Shown here one piece after another: positions 28,517 to 39,088 of a stretch of DNA of 59,424 nucleotides; position 1 is the first letter of the stretch; each line of letters starts with the position of its first letter. Position numbers and translations under genes: made by a program. The stretch spans positions 1 through 59,424 of the forward strand of contig JAWXCN010000124.1 in NCBI GenBank assembly GCA_034408725.1, in the 5' to 3' direction. The notes beneath the pieces were generated by a model. The model saw only the letters and a program-made list of their open reading frames with translations, searched no databases and was not told the origin of the DNA. Source of the DNA: Candidatus Hydrogenedentota bacterium. GTDB taxonomy: Bacteria; Hydrogenedentota; Hydrogenedentia; Hydrogenedentales; SLHB01.

Positions 28517-29182
28517 ATGCAACAAATCATCGACGCAAACCCCGCCGAGAAGCTTGCGGAGGATTTAGTCGCTCTGCTGGCAGATCGAGAGTGCGTACAC
28601 ATCGCCGTGTCCGGCGGCTCGACGCCGCGCCAACTGTTTCGTACTCTCGCTGAGCGGTATCGCGACACGGCGCCGTGGGGCTGCGTGACACTATGGCAGG
28701 TGGATGAACGTTGCGTGCCGCCTGACGACGCGCAGTCGAATTGGCGCATGCTTCAGGAGGAATTGCTCTCGAAGATTCCGGCCATTCGCGCCCATCGAAT
28801 GAAAGCGGAGACGTTGGGTGGGGCGGAAGACTACGAATCATTGGTTCGCGTCCATGTTGCAAGTGAGTCCACGGGCGGCGTGCCCCGGTTGGACATTGTG
28901 TTGCTGGGCATGGGTAACGATGGACACACGGCGTCGCTGTTTCCTGGCACGGATGCGCTTGACGAACGCAAAAGACTTGTCGTGCGTAATGAGGTTCCGC
29001 AACTTGGCGCGCCGCGCGTGACGATGACGTTTCCGTTAATCAACGCCGCAGCGGAGCGATGGTTCCTTGTGGCAGGCGTGGACAAGGCAGAGGCGTACGC
29101 GCGGGTTATGCTTGGAGAATTGCCGGCGAGCCGGATCGTTGAGCCGCGGTGGTATATCGATCCCGTCGTGTTGGGTCCGTGA
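28517..29182 (+). CDS. pgl: 6-phosphogluconolactonase
   Basis: SGGSTP, VDERCVP..D..SN, LLGMGNDGHTASLFPG, RVTMTFPLIN. Confidence 0.93.
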   Translation: MQQIIDANPAEKLAEDLVALLADRECVHIAVSGGSTPRQLFRTLAERYRDTAPWGCVTLWQVDERCVPPDDAQSNWRMLQEELLSKIPAIRAHRMKAETLGGAEDYESLVRVHVASESTGGVPRLDIVLLGMGNDGHTASLFPGTDALDERKRLVVRNEVPQLGAPRVTMTFPLINAAAERWFLVAGVDKAEAYARVMLGELPASRIVEPRWYIDPVVLGP

Positions 29183-29202
29183 CGAGCCGCCGCGCCGTAG
29201 TT

Positions 29203-30159
29203 CTATCCTGTCTCGTGTTTTGGAGGAAAGGCGACCGAAAGCACCATGGTGCTCGCGAGAACAACGACCGTGGCGATTAGAGACCACGACACCGGGATGT
29301 GATAGATGTCCATCAACAACATCTTTGCCCCGATTAAGATGAGCACGATCGAAAGGCCGTAGGAGAGCAGATGAAAGGTATCGTGCATGCCCGTCAAAAG
29401 GAAATACATTGCGCGAAGGCCGAGCATTGCAAATACGTTTGACGTTAGCACGATGAATGGGTCCGTGGTGATCGCGAAAATGGCGGGTATCGAGTCCACC
29501 GCGAAAATAATATCGACGATGCCGATCAGCATGATCACGACCAGGAGCGGCGTGGCCATCTTGACGCCGTCTACGAATGTGAAAAACTTCTCGCCATCGT
29601 AATGAGGAGAAATCTTAATATGCTTGCGAATCCAACGCAAAGCGAGATTGGTTTCGAGGTCCGCTTCATGACCGGTGGCCCACCACATTTTGATGCCGGT
29701 GAAAACCAGGAACGCTCCGAAGATATAGAGAATCCAGTGGAACTTGCTGATTATCCACGCGCCGAAAACAATCAAGATGCCGCGCAACACCAGCGCTCCG
29801 ATGATGCCGATTAACAGCGTCCGGTTCTGATGCTCCGGCTTAACCGCGAAGTAACCGAACAGAAGCAAAAAGACAAAGATGTTGTCTACCGCTAGGGCTT
29901 TTTCAATGAGGAAACCAGTTATGAACTCAGCAGCCTTGACGTTAGCCTGCTTGTCTCCGCTGACTCCTCCGAGATACCACCACATCCAGCCTACAAATAC
30001 AAAGGCGACCAAAACCCAGATTACCGACCAGAAAATCGCGTCCTTGATCGAGACCTTCTTGGCGCCTCGTGATTGCATCGAGATGTAATCAATAAACAGG
30101 GCCGCCAGGACGAACGCCGCGAAAAACGTCCACATCAGGGGGGTGCCGATGGTACTCAT
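29203..30159 (-). CDS. alx: TerC/Alx-family Mn-homeostasis membrane protein
   Basis: IEKALAVDNIFVF, GALVLR, DIIFAVDSIPAIFAITTDPFIVLTSNVFAMLGLRAMYF. The start at MSTIGTPLMW lies downstream of the riboswitch. Confidence 0.9.
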   Translation of the reverse strand: MSTIGTPLMWTFFAAFVLAALFIDYISMQSRGAKKVSIKDAIFWSVIWVLVAFVFVGWMWWYLGGVSGDKQANVKAAEFITGFLIEKALAVDNIFVFLLLFGYFAVKPEHQNRTLLIGIIGALVLRGILIVFGAWIISKFHWILYIFGAFLVFTGIKMWWATGHEADLETNLALRWIRKHIKISPHYDGEKFFTFVDGVKMATPLLVVIMLIGIVDIIFAVDSIPAIFAITTDPFIVLTSNVFAMLGLRAMYFLLTGMHDTFHLLSYGLSIVLILIGAKMLLMDIYHIPVSWSLIATVVVLASTMVLSVAFPPKHETG

Positions 30160-30216
30160 TGGGTGGGCCTCATGCGTTGTGTGGCGCGGCATACGCCAGC
30201 AAAATAATGCCTTGCG

Positions 30217-30360
30217 GCCTTGCTGGTCTCGCTGGCACGCATTCGCGTGGCTTGCGGCGCCGGGCCAGCGCATCCTTCGCCGAAGCGCGCTGGGTCCGTG
30301 TTGACGGCGCCGTAACTGCGTGGACGCCTAGGCGTCCCGGGAGCTACTCCCCATCAGGGC
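30217..30360 (-). ncRNA. yybP-ykoY (Mn2+) riboswitch
   Basis: Minus strand: GCCCUGAUGGGGAGUAGC...GGCGCCGUCAACACGG...CCGGCGCC...GCGAGACCAGCAAGGC. The hallmark GGGGAGUAG, UCAAYAC-like and GCGAGACC elements lie upstream of terC/alx. Confidence 0.88.
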
Positions 30361-30366
30361 GCGGTC

Positions 30367-30396
30367 ACTCTATCGGTACGAAGACAGCGGTGTCAA
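30367..30396 (-). promoter_or_regulatory. Sigma-70 promoter driving riboswitch-terC
   Basis: Minus strand TTGACA-N18-TAGAGT, ending about 6 nt before the riboswitch. Confidence 0.7.
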
Positions 30397-30472
30397 TTTC
30401 GCTGTGCCTGTTGCATACGGGCGCGAGGAGGACTAGGCTTGCAGGCTGGGAAAAACGGGCGGGAGAACGCGT

Positions 30473-32206
30473 ATGAACCGGCGGGATTTTATCAAACAGA
30501 CCGTGGCGGGCGCCGCGCTCGCATCGTGGGGAGGCAGCATGGCAATTGCGCAAAACCAGGAACGGGTTCGCCCGTTCTTTGACAAGGATCGCGTAGCGGC
30601 GCGAAATACGAACCGGTCCACAGTCGTGTGCCGTCACGGCATGGTGTGCGCAAGCCAACCGCTAGCGGCTATGGCAGGGATTGATGCGCTGAAAGCCGGC
30701 GGCACCTGCATCGACGCGGCAATCACGTGCAACTCCTCGCTTGGCGTGGTCGAACCCGCAAGCAACGGCATTGGCGGCGACTTGTTCGCGATTGTCTGGA
30801 TCGAGAAAGATCAAAAGCTTTATGCAATCAACGCGAGCGGACGCGCGCCGTATGGATGGAACCTGGACGAAGCGAAGAAACTCGGCATCGACTCGATCCC
30901 CCGCCAAAGCCCGTTGTCGTGGAATGTGCCGGGGTGCGTGAGCGGGTGGAACATGCTGAGCGAACGCTGGAGCAAACTTGGTCTCGCGAAATGCCTTGAA
31001 CCGGCAATAGGTTTCGCGCGCGACGGGTTTCCGTTGTCGCCGCTGATCTCGACGCACTTCAATTGGCCCAGTCAAATGGCTCCGCAGATGGCGAAGGTGT
31101 ATCACCCTGACGAGAAGATTCTGGGGTATGGCGACATTTTTCAAAACCCGTTGCTCGCCAACAATCTTGAGTTGATTGCGAAGAACGGCGCGGCGGCGTT
31201 CTACGAAGGCGAAATCGCCGAAGCGATCGTGAAAAAATCGGAAGAACTCGGCGGCAAGATGAGCATGCGCGACCTGAAGGACCACACCGCGACTTGGGTT
31301 GATCCCGTCAGCACGAATTATCGCGGATGGGACGTCTGGGAAATTCCGCCAAACGGTCAGGGCATTTCGGTGCTGCAGATTCTTAATATGCTCGAGCTGT
31401 TTGATATCGGCGGCATGCAACCAAATTCCCCGGAGCATCTGCACCTGTTCATCGAGGCAAAGAAATTGGCGTATGAAGACCGCGCGGTGTATTACGCGGA
31501 CCCCGAGTTCGCCGACGTGCCGACTGCGCAGCTCATTTCGAAGGACTATGCGAAGGCGCGCGCGAAGCTGATCAATCCCGAGCGCGCGGCCACAGACGTT
31601 ACTTACGGCGATCCAAAACTCGACAGCGATACGATCTATATGTGCGCCGCGGACGGCGAGGGCAATATGATCTCGCTCATCCAGAGTAACTACGCGGGGT
31701 TTGGCTCGACGATTTGCCCCGATGGTTGCGGGTTTGTGATTCAGAACCGGGGAGAAGGGTTCTCGCTTGATCCGAACCATCGGTGCAAACTCGAACCACA
31801 TAAACGGCCTTTCCACACCATCATTCCCGCGTTCATGACGAAAGACAGCAAACCGTGCATGGCGTTTGGCGTGATGGGCGGCGACTTCCAGCCGCAGGGT
31901 CACAGCCAGGTCGTCATGAATATGATCGATTTCGGAATGACGCCGCAGGAAGCCGGGGACCAGCCGCGCATCAACCACGATGGGAGTTCGTCGGTGCGGG
32001 GCGGGCGCATGGAGCATGGCGGGAAGATCGGGTTTGAACATGGCATCGACGATTCGGTGAAACTGCGGCTCGCGGAAATGGGCCACACCCTTGATGAAGG
32101 CGTCGATGCGCACGGGGGATACCAGGCGATTTGGCGCGAGGACGATCCATTGCGGTATTTCGGTGGGACGGATGCGCGGTTGGATGGTGCCTCGTTGGGG
32201 TATTGA
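30473..32206 (+). CDS. ggt: Tat-exported gamma-glutamyltransferase family protein
   Basis: MNRRDFIK Tat signal, GIGGDLF, NVPG, PPNGQG, autoprocessing SDTIY (Thr nucleophile), KRPFHTIIP, GVMGG. Confidence 0.93.
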   Translation: MNRRDFIKQTVAGAALASWGGSMAIAQNQERVRPFFDKDRVAARNTNRSTVVCRHGMVCASQPLAAMAGIDALKAGGTCIDAAITCNSSLGVVEPASNGIGGDLFAIVWIEKDQKLYAINASGRAPYGWNLDEAKKLGIDSIPRQSPLSWNVPGCVSGWNMLSERWSKLGLAKCLEPAIGFARDGFPLSPLISTHFNWPSQMAPQMAKVYHPDEKILGYGDIFQNPLLANNLELIAKNGAAAFYEGEIAEAIVKKSEELGGKMSMRDLKDHTATWVDPVSTNYRGWDVWEIPPNGQGISVLQILNMLELFDIGGMQPNSPEHLHLFIEAKKLAYEDRAVYYADPEFADVPTAQLISKDYAKARAKLINPERAATDVTYGDPKLDSDTIYMCAADGEGNMISLIQSNYAGFGSTICPDGCGFVIQNRGEGFSLDPNHRCKLEPHKRPFHTIIPAFMTKDSKPCMAFGVMGGDFQPQGHSQVVMNMIDFGMTPQEAGDQPRINHDGSSSVRGGRMEHGGKIGFEHGIDDSVKLRLAEMGHTLDEGVDAHGGYQAIWREDDPLRYFGGTDARLDGASLGY

Positions 32207-32335
32207 TGCGGTCTTTTAGATTTTTTGATTTTGGATTGGAAGAGCAGCCGGCGCGGATGCGAGGCATCGGAGTTAAGGGGACGGCCACCGGCATCCAAAC
32301 GCGATACCGGTGACAGTCCCCGGGTTTTAGCGGAA

Positions 32336-32364
32336 GGCGGGTAAGCCAACCCGCCATTTTTTTT
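32336..32364 (+). terminator. Rho-independent terminator candidate after ggt
   Basis: GGCGGGT-aagcca-ACCCGCC stem-loop followed by A-T8. Confidence 0.65.
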
Positions 32365-32387
32365 GCATTCACTTTTGGAGTTCCGAA

Positions 32388-33125
32388 GTGGTTTGGCACT
32401 TTATCGCGGGCGAGGAAGGGTGTTCATTTGCAGTGCGGCACGGTTGCGTGGCGATCGTGGTCGATGCGATGCGGGCGAGCGCTACGGCGGCATACATGCT
32501 CCATGCGGGCGCGGCCGAGATTCTCGCTGTGCGCGAGATTGAAGAAGCGCGCGCATTGAAGGCGCGATATCCCGATGCCGTACTCGCGGGCGAACGCGGC
32601 GGAGTTCCGCCGGAGGGATTCGCGCTCGGGAACAGTCCGCGCGAGGTGTCGATGGTCCAGGGGATGCGCGTGGTATTCACTACGACGACGGGCGCGGGCC
32701 GGTTGGTGGAATGTTGGGGCGCGCACGCGATCTACATGGGATCGCCTGTCAACGCGTCCGCGGTTGCGCGCGCGGCCTTTACGCATGGTCGTGACGTTGT
32801 AATGATTCCCGCCGGACTGATGTCTGATGCATCGTTTAACGCTCAGGAAGATTGGGTGGGAGCCGTAGTTGTTGCGATGGCGGCGGAGCATTTGTTCGGG
32901 CCATTGACGTTGGGCGAAGGCGGGCATCGCTACACCTATTGGAATGATCGCATTTTGTGCGATGGCGTGGAGAAGTTGTTTCAGACGGCGCCGCACGCGG
33001 AAAAACTTCGCGAGGTGGGGCTGGCGGATGATATTGCGTTTTGCGCCCGGATCGATACGGTTACGACAATACCGGTGGTGGTGGGCCGTGAAGACGGCGC
33101 GGTGCGGATGGTTGGGCGCGTGTGA
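32388..33125 (+). CDS. comB: 2-phosphosulfolactate phosphatase family protein
   Basis: IVVDAMRASAT, LAGERGG.PPEGF.LGNSP, FTTTTG, EDWVGA, DDIAFCA. Confidence 0.88.
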   Translation: MVWHFIAGEEGCSFAVRHGCVAIVVDAMRASATAAYMLHAGAAEILAVREIEEARALKARYPDAVLAGERGGVPPEGFALGNSPREVSMVQGMRVVFTTTTGAGRLVECWGAHAIYMGSPVNASAVARAAFTHGRDVVMIPAGLMSDASFNAQEDWVGAVVVAMAAEHLFGPLTLGEGGHRYTYWNDRILCDGVEKLFQTAPHAEKLREVGLADDIAFCARIDTVTTIPVVVGREDGAVRMVGRV

Positions 33126-33250
33126 TTTACCGGAGGGCGGTTGTACGTGCGTGTGTCACGGGAGGGCGATTGTACTTCAACCGCTGCTTCGATAAAAACC
33201 GCGTGGCGCGGGTAGATGGGTGATTCCGCAGTTTGTAAGACTATCGAAGG

Positions 33251-33287
33251 GAAAACGGTAGCTACCGCTACCGCACTCCAAGGCGCG
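33251..33287. repeat. REP C variant overlapping the rhaI stop codon
   Basis: Reverse complement cgcgccttggagtgcggtagcggtagctaccgttttc matches the copies at 17860 and 35624. Confidence 0.8.
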
Positions 33288-34467
33288 TTTTTCTTATGGT
33301 ATCAAGGTAGCCGCTGGCGCGGAACGCCGCAATCGGATCGGGATCGATGCCCAACTCGATCCTCACCTGCGCGAGCAGGGGCCGCACATCGGTTTGATAC
33401 GCATCCTGCAACATCTCTTCCGCGGCGACAATGTCCCCTTCCTGTTGTGCGCTCCGGAGCGCGCTTCGGTTAACGAGCAGCGCGTGCGCATATGCCGCCT
33501 GGCAGTTTGTCACCGACTGGATCATTTCTTCGATCTTGGGTTTAAGGTTGTGGCTTTGATCGATCATGTACGCGATGTTGGCGTGGACGCGTGAATCATC
33601 TTCCGCGGCGACAAGCTCGTTATAAATCAAAAACAGTTCGTATGGATTGATGCTGCCCACGCTGACGTCGTCGTCGGCGTATTTTTTATTGTTGAAGTGG
33701 AAGCCGCCGAGTTTTCCTTCATCGAGCAGAAACGCGACGATATGCTCGATGTTGGTGCCGGGCGCGTGATGTCCGAGATCGATCAGCACTTGCGCTTGAT
33801 CTCCGAGTTTATTGCAAAATGCGTAAGACATGCCCCAGTCCGCGATATCGGTATGGTAAAACGCGGGTTCAAAAAACTTGTATTCGAGCAGCATGCGCAT
33901 GCCCTCGGGCATCGCGCTGTAACACGCGCGCAAGCCTTCCTGCATCCATTGCTTTCGGCGGCGAAAATCACCCTGGCCGGGATAGTTGGTGCCGTCGGCG
34001 AACCAGAGACTCAGAATATCCGACTGCACCGTCTTGGCAATATCGATGCATTCGATCAGATGATCGAGCGCCTTCACGCGCACAGCCGCGTTCTCGTGAG
34101 TCAGACTGCCAAGTTTGTAGTCATGCTCCTGAAACAGGTTCGGATTAATCGCGCCAATGCGCATGCCGAGACTTTCCGCATGCGCGCGAAGCGCGGCAAA
34201 GTCGTCGACTTTGTCCCACGGAATATGAATGGCAACCGACGGCGCGGCGCCCGTGTACCGGTGTACGGCCGCGGCGTCCTCGATTTTCTCGAAGGCGTTG
34301 CGCGGCACGCCCTCCTGCGGGAACACTTTGAACCGCGTGCCGGAGTTCCCATAGGCCCAAGACGGCGTTTCGATATGGTGGTGTTTGATGCGTTCCTTCA
34401 CCGCCGCAAGATCGCCGAACCGGTCTTCGAGAAGCGACACAGCGGTTGCGATATTGACGTGTTTCAT
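33268..34467 (-). CDS. rhaI: L-rhamnose isomerase (RhaI type)
   Basis: [72 protein letters not shown]. Confidence 0.93.
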   Translation of the reverse strand: MKHVNIATAVSLLEDRFGDLAAVKERIKHHHIETPSWAYGNSGTRFKVFPQEGVPRNAFEKIEDAAAVHRYTGAAPSVAIHIPWDKVDDFAALRAHAESLGMRIGAINPNLFQEHDYKLGSLTHENAAVRVKALDHLIECIDIAKTVQSDILSLWFADGTNYPGQGDFRRRKQWMQEGLRACYSAMPEGMRMLLEYKFFEPAFYHTDIADWGMSYAFCNKLGDQAQVLIDLGHHAPGTNIEHIVAFLLDEGKLGGFHFNNKKYADDDVSVGSINPYELFLIYNELVAAEDDSRVHANIAYMIDQSHNLKPKIEEMIQSVTNCQAAYAHALLVNRSALRSAQQEGDIVAAEEMLQDAYQTDVRPLLAQVRIELGIDPDPIAAFRASGYLDTIRKTRLGVR

Positions 34468-34495
34468 CGAGCGGTATCCTGCTCGCAATTTTGCG

Positions 34496-35575
34496 TCATG
34501 TGGGTGTCCGCCAGAATAACACCAGCCCGATCACGAAGAAGATCGCATTCGCCGACCATGCGGCCACGGGCGGCGACAAACGTTCCGCGTAACCCAGGCC
34601 CACAAAAATCGAGTACAACAACATATAAGTGATCGCCACAATCACACTCGTGGCAAATCCGATAGCCATACCGCCACGGCGAAGGCGAATTGCGAAGGGT
34701 ATGGCAAGCCAGACGATGACGAAACTGAGTATGGGTTGGGAGAACTTCGCGTAATAATCGACGTGCAGGCGCGCGGCCGGCACGTTGCGCTGTTCCGCGC
34801 TGGCGATGTCTTGTTTGAGTTCTTGCGAAGTCTTGGTCGAAGCGGGATTCTCGAGCGCAAAGAGCGCTTCGGGTGATTCCGTAAACGGGGCGGGTTCCTG
34901 GCGGATTTTTTTCCCGCTGACAGCCGTCCATGCCGGATCGGACCAATACCATCGCCCGTCTTCGAGTATCCATTGCTTGCGCGATTCATCCCAATAAATG
35001 CGGTGCGCTTCTACCTGTTGAACCTTATCCGGTTCGCGGGAGTACATGAGGACTTCCTGCCCGGTGAGCGCGATGCGGTTGAATTTTCCGATATGGCAGG
35101 TCCAATTTCCGGAGAGATTCGTCCAACTGATTCCCTTGCGCTCGGTGGGATCGGTGGTAGCGAAATACGCTCGCTCAATACGCTCGGCTTCCATTGCGGC
35201 AGTTGCGCCGAAGGTTTCGTTCATTCCGAAAAGAGCGGCGGCAAGCAACGCGGCGAGCACTATGGGCATGCGGACGAACCGGCGCAGGCTGATGCCGCCC
35301 GCCGTCACGGCGGTGATTTCGTTGTGCTGCGCCGCGTCGCCGAGAACAAGCAGCGCGGACACGAGCAGCGCGAATGGAGCGATACGCTGGATGACATCGG
35401 GAAGAAAATTGAGGTAATACTGCGCGACAACAGGCGCGGCCACGTCGAACCTGCGGATATCCACCATGCGGTGACTGAGCAGATCAATGAGCACATACAC
35501 CAACGACAGCGCTACCAGCGCGCGAATAAGCGCGCCGCCCATGCGGAACAGGAGATATCGGTCGAGAGTTTTCAT
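34496..35575 (-). CDS. LPS export permease LptF/LptG family
   Basis: [22 protein letters not shown], periplasmic beta domain, [14 protein letters not shown]. Confidence 0.9.
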   Translation of the reverse strand: MKTLDRYLLFRMGGALIRALVALSLVYVLIDLLSHRMVDIRRFDVAAPVVAQYYLNFLPDVIQRIAPFALLVSALLVLGDAAQHNEITAVTAGGISLRRFVRMPIVLAALLAAALFGMNETFGATAAMEAERIERAYFATTDPTERKGISWTNLSGNWTCHIGKFNRIALTGQEVLMYSREPDKVQQVEAHRIYWDESRKQWILEDGRWYWSDPAWTAVSGKKIRQEPAPFTESPEALFALENPASTKTSQELKQDIASAEQRNVPAARLHVDYYAKFSQPILSFVIVWLAIPFAIRLRRGGMAIGFATSVIVAITYMLLYSIFVGLGYAERLSPPVAAWSANAIFFVIGLVLFWRTPT

Positions 35576-35623
35576 GGAGGTGAAAAAGTTTGGCGGGTAT
35601 GGTAGCAAATTGGGGAGAGCGGC

Positions 35624-35779
35624 GCGCCTTGGAGCGCGGTAGCGGCAGCTACCGCTTTGGGACAGCAGCGTGCCTTGCCTTGTCCATGCGATAGAAGGTG
35701 CTGAAAACGGTAGGCCATCTGTGATAAACCGCCAAAGCGGCGCCTTGGGGGCCGCCGCAGTCCAAATAGGCTTCTTCCC
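35624..35779. repeat. REP array (C + spacer + B)
   Basis: gcgccttggagcgcggtagcggcagctaccgctttgg and taaaccgccaaagcggcgccttgggggccgccgcagtccaaataggcttc. Confidence 0.85.
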
Positions 35780-35804
35780 GGAAGGTAGCGTTTCAGCGAC
35801 GGTT

Positions 35805-36761
35805 TCAGGAAATCGCCGCGGAGTTGGCTTCCTGCGGGGTATACCACTCGATTGTGCGGGCGAGGCCTTCGCGCAAATCTATAACGGGTTCATAAGCAAA
35901 TGCCGCGCGGGCTTTCTCGATATTTGCGAGCGACCACGGAATTTCTCCACGCCGCGCGGGTTCAAATTCTGGTTCGAGCGTTGTTGACAACAAATCATTG
36001 ATCGTTTGGATGAGATTGACGACCGACGTGCTGTTACCGCATGCGATATTATAAAGCCCGGCGACGGGGTTCGGCGCCTCCATCGCGGCGATGTTTGCCG
36101 CGACGACGTTATCAACGTGGGTGAAATCGCGCGAGTGCGAACCATCGCCGAATACGCGCGGGGATTGGCCGGCTTTCATCGCGCCGATAAAGAGCGGAAT
36201 CGCCGCGGCATACGCCGAGAGTGGGTCCTGCTTTGGACCGAACACGTTGAAATATCGCAGTCCGACGATGTCCATCGCATAGAGGTCGGAAAAAACGCGG
36301 GCGTACTGTTCAACCGTTTGTTTGGAAACGCCGTAGGGCGAGACGGGCGTGGTGGGCAGCGTTTCGTCGAGCGCAACATTCTTCGTCACGCCGTAGACCG
36401 AGGATGACTATGCGTAAATGACGCGCTTCACGCCCGCGTCGCGGCAAGCGAGGAACACGTTCAAGCTGCCGTTCACATTTACGGCGTTGGTGGTTTCCGG
36501 GTCTTCGACAGAGCGTTGCACGGAGGGCAGCGCGGCTTCGTGGAAGCAGTAATCGATTTGTTCGGCCGCATCGAACACGAATGTGCGGTCCGTTATTGAC
36601 CCTTCCATAAGGTGTATGGCATCGAGCACGCCGTAGAGGTTCGAGAGGCGGCCAGTAGAAAAATCGTCCAGCACGCGGACTTCGTGCCCGCGCGCAATGA
36701 GCGCGTGAACAAGATGACTGCCGATAAATCCGGCGCCGCCGGTGATCAGAATTCGCGCCAC
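35805..36761 (-). pseudogene. NAD-dependent nucleotide-sugar epimerase (WbpP/GalE-like) interrupted by one in-frame TAG
   Basis: [12 protein letters not shown]...[11 protein letters not shown]...VIYA*SSSVYG...SPYGVSK...LRYFNVFGP. Both ORFs share a frame; the TAG is at 36408-36410. Confidence 0.85.
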
Positions 36762-36816
36762 GTGTCATTCTCCCGCCAAAATTATACCCATTGAATCGGG
36801 AGGAATCACGCAGGAG

Positions 36817-39084
36817 CTACTTGGCGCGAACCAGCGCGGCAGACCACCCTTCCGGGAGACGAAGTTCGGTGTACGCTTTTCCATCTGCTTCGATCCGGGG
36901 CGCTTTGAAGTTTTCGACCTCAACGCCGGTGTGATCGAAGACATGCACATCGCAAGCGGAAACATCGCCCCAACCATAAATGCCGCTGCGGTTCGTAAGG
37001 ATGCGCTCCCGCGCGATGATAAAACCTTCATGCAATTCAATCGGGGTGAACGGATACATGTATCGCGTAATCGTGTGGTGCGTGGGCACGACGGTGACAT
37101 CGTTGTACCAGTGGTAGACGCAGCCGTAGTCGAGCGCGGCGATCATGGTGCCATAGGCATCCTGCTCGCTGTACTCGGTGAGGTGGTCGCCGAGCGCTAT
37201 CGGCGAATGGAGGTGCGCCTGCGCGCTGTTCGTAATGCTGCCCGTCTCGACGAAACAGGGAAACTTGAGGGCCGCGCGCGCACGAGTCACCGGCGGCCCA
37301 TTTCCAATCAGCGGGCCGCGTGAGAGAACGCGCTTTGCCAGCGCGAGCCGCCACGATTCGGTGAGCAAGGTGACGGAGGATTTCTGGCGCGTCACCTCGT
37401 GCGTGGCAGAGTCGATGTCGCCGGTAACGCCGTCCCAAGGCTCCCCATAGTGGTATTGGTGCCGGCTGTATTCGTGTTCGTCCCAGTACACGCCGTCCGC
37501 CCCAATTTTATCGAGGATGATATCGACGTTTTTCCCTATTTCCTTGCCGAATGCGTTTGATTCGGTTGGGAAGAAAATGCGATCGTAGTCTTCGCCGTAG
37601 ACCGCGTGGGAGCCGTCCGGCATGAGCAATCGCGAATCAGCAAATTTTTCGGGCGCGTATCCGGCGACGTCGATGAAGCAATGGAAATAGACCAGATACT
37701 TCGTATCCGGCGCGAGCCGTTGCCGTTGTTCGCGGGCAGCAATGTACGTGGCGTGATCGACGTGTTGAAACGCCGTACCGTGCGCGTAGTGGCCTTCGTA
37801 GCGCGGGTAATCGTTCGACGCGCAGGTATAGAGCACGTCCTTTAACTGGATGAATTCCGCGATTTGTTGATCGGTCCATTCCATCACCGGAGGGCCGCCG
37901 CGCAGAAATACGAACCCGCCGTCGATCGTGAAATTTGCATCAAGCAGTCTGCGCGCGGCGTTGAGAAAGGTCCAGTAATCCGGCGCGTCGCCCGGCACAA
38001 TGGCCAACTCCGCGGTATGCGTCGCGCCCGGTGCGATGACGAGGTAGTTGTCTGTGAGCGCAATCGTGCCGCTGTCAACGCTTGTGGCGCTGTGAATGCG
38101 GAACGCATCGCTCAGTGGCATTAGACCGATACCCGTTGTTTCTGTCGCGGCAAACGCGGTGGGATTCGCGGGTTGCGATAGCGTCCCTGCTTTATCCAAT
38201 TGCTCCAGTCCGGCGAGCCATACGCGCTTCAAAGAATCGCCGAGCGCAACGGAGTGGCGTTGCATGATACCGAGCGGTTTGCCGGTCTTGTTGGTAAAAG
38301 TGTCGCGCACGAGAATCATTTCGTCTTCCACGTCGACTTCGCGGGCATAGTCGAAGAACTCGTTCGAGACGACAGTCCATCCGCCCCCGGGCACGGAGAA
38401 CGTGCTATCGACGCGATAGCTTTCGCCGCGCACTTGCACTTCAATAACGCCCGGCGATGGTTGCGAGGATTCGAATGCAGTCGCGTGTTTGGTCCGCGGC
38501 TCGTAGCGTGCCAGCGCGCCCGTCGGCGCGGGCTTCCGCGCAGGCTTTGCATCCTGCGCGTCACGCAAAACAATCTTGGCATCAGCCACAACAAGCGCAT
38601 TGGTAATGCCACCTGCCTGGTTCTCAATCGTCAACGCGTTTTCACCTTCAACAACGAAGTCCGTGATATCCAATTCGAACAGGCAAGGTCGAATGGGATC
38701 AACAAGGCCGTAATGCGGATCGGTATCGGGGCTGGTGAAATCGGGACTGTAATACACCGAAAGCCATTCCCCCGCGGCCATCGAGTACACATCGCCGGAG
38801 CGCGCTTTCGCGCGCACGGGCCGGTTGATGAAGTTCGCGGAGGTGATCGCATGTTCATTCACGGTAATGCGCATCGCGCCGTTGTACCCCGCCACTTTGT
38901 CGAATTCGAGCCGCGCAAGAAGCGTGAGCACGGAGCGCTTCCCTTCAGGAACGGGCGGCACGTTAATCGTGAATGGTTTCGATACGCCACGGGCGAGGGT
39001 GAGTTCGTCGACGACGGAAATATCTTCCTGCGCAAAACCGATCGCGACGCCAAGCAGCGCGACGAATAAAGCTGACAGTCGCAT
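36817..39084 (-). CDS. Secreted hypothetical protein, possible glycoside-hydrolase-like barrel
   Basis: Signal peptide MRLSALFVALLGVAIGFAQ, a long uninterrupted ORF and a GADGVYWDE motif. Confidence 0.65.
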   Translation of the reverse strand: MRLSALFVALLGVAIGFAQEDISVVDELTLARGVSKPFTINVPPVPEGKRSVLTLLARLEFDKVAGYNGAMRITVNEHAITSANFINRPVRAKARSGDVYSMAAGEWLSVYYSPDFTSPDTDPHYGLVDPIRPCLFELDITDFVVEGENALTIENQAGGITNALVVADAKIVLRDAQDAKPARKPAPTGALARYEPRTKHATAFESSQPSPGVIEVQVRGESYRVDSTFSVPGGGWTVVSNEFFDYAREVDVEDEMILVRDTFTNKTGKPLGIMQRHSVALGDSLKRVWLAGLEQLDKAGTLSQPANPTAFAATETTGIGLMPLSDAFRIHSATSVDSGTIALTDNYLVIAPGATHTAELAIVPGDAPDYWTFLNAARRLLDANFTIDGGFVFLRGGPPVMEWTDQQIAEFIQLKDVLYTCASNDYPRYEGHYAHGTAFQHVDHATYIAAREQRQRLAPDTKYLVYFHCFIDVAGYAPEKFADSRLLMPDGSHAVYGEDYDRIFFPTESNAFGKEIGKNVDIILDKIGADGVYWDEHEYSRHQYHYGEPWDGVTGDIDSATHEVTRQKSSVTLLTESWRLALAKRVLSRGPLIGNGPPVTRARAALKFPCFVETGSITNSAQAHLHSPIALGDHLTEYSEQDAYGTMIAALDYGCVYHWYNDVTVVPTHHTITRYMYPFTPIELHEGFIIARERILTNRSGIYGWGDVSACDVHVFDHTGVEVENFKAPRIEADGKAYTELRLPEGWSAALVRAK

Positions 39085-39088
39085 GTGT

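Noticed and set aside
36408-36410. Amber recoding (pyrrolysine or alternative genetic code)
   Set aside because: TAG terminates many intact genes here (for example 2019, 4870, 8350), and the site aligns to a conserved Ser one substitution away.
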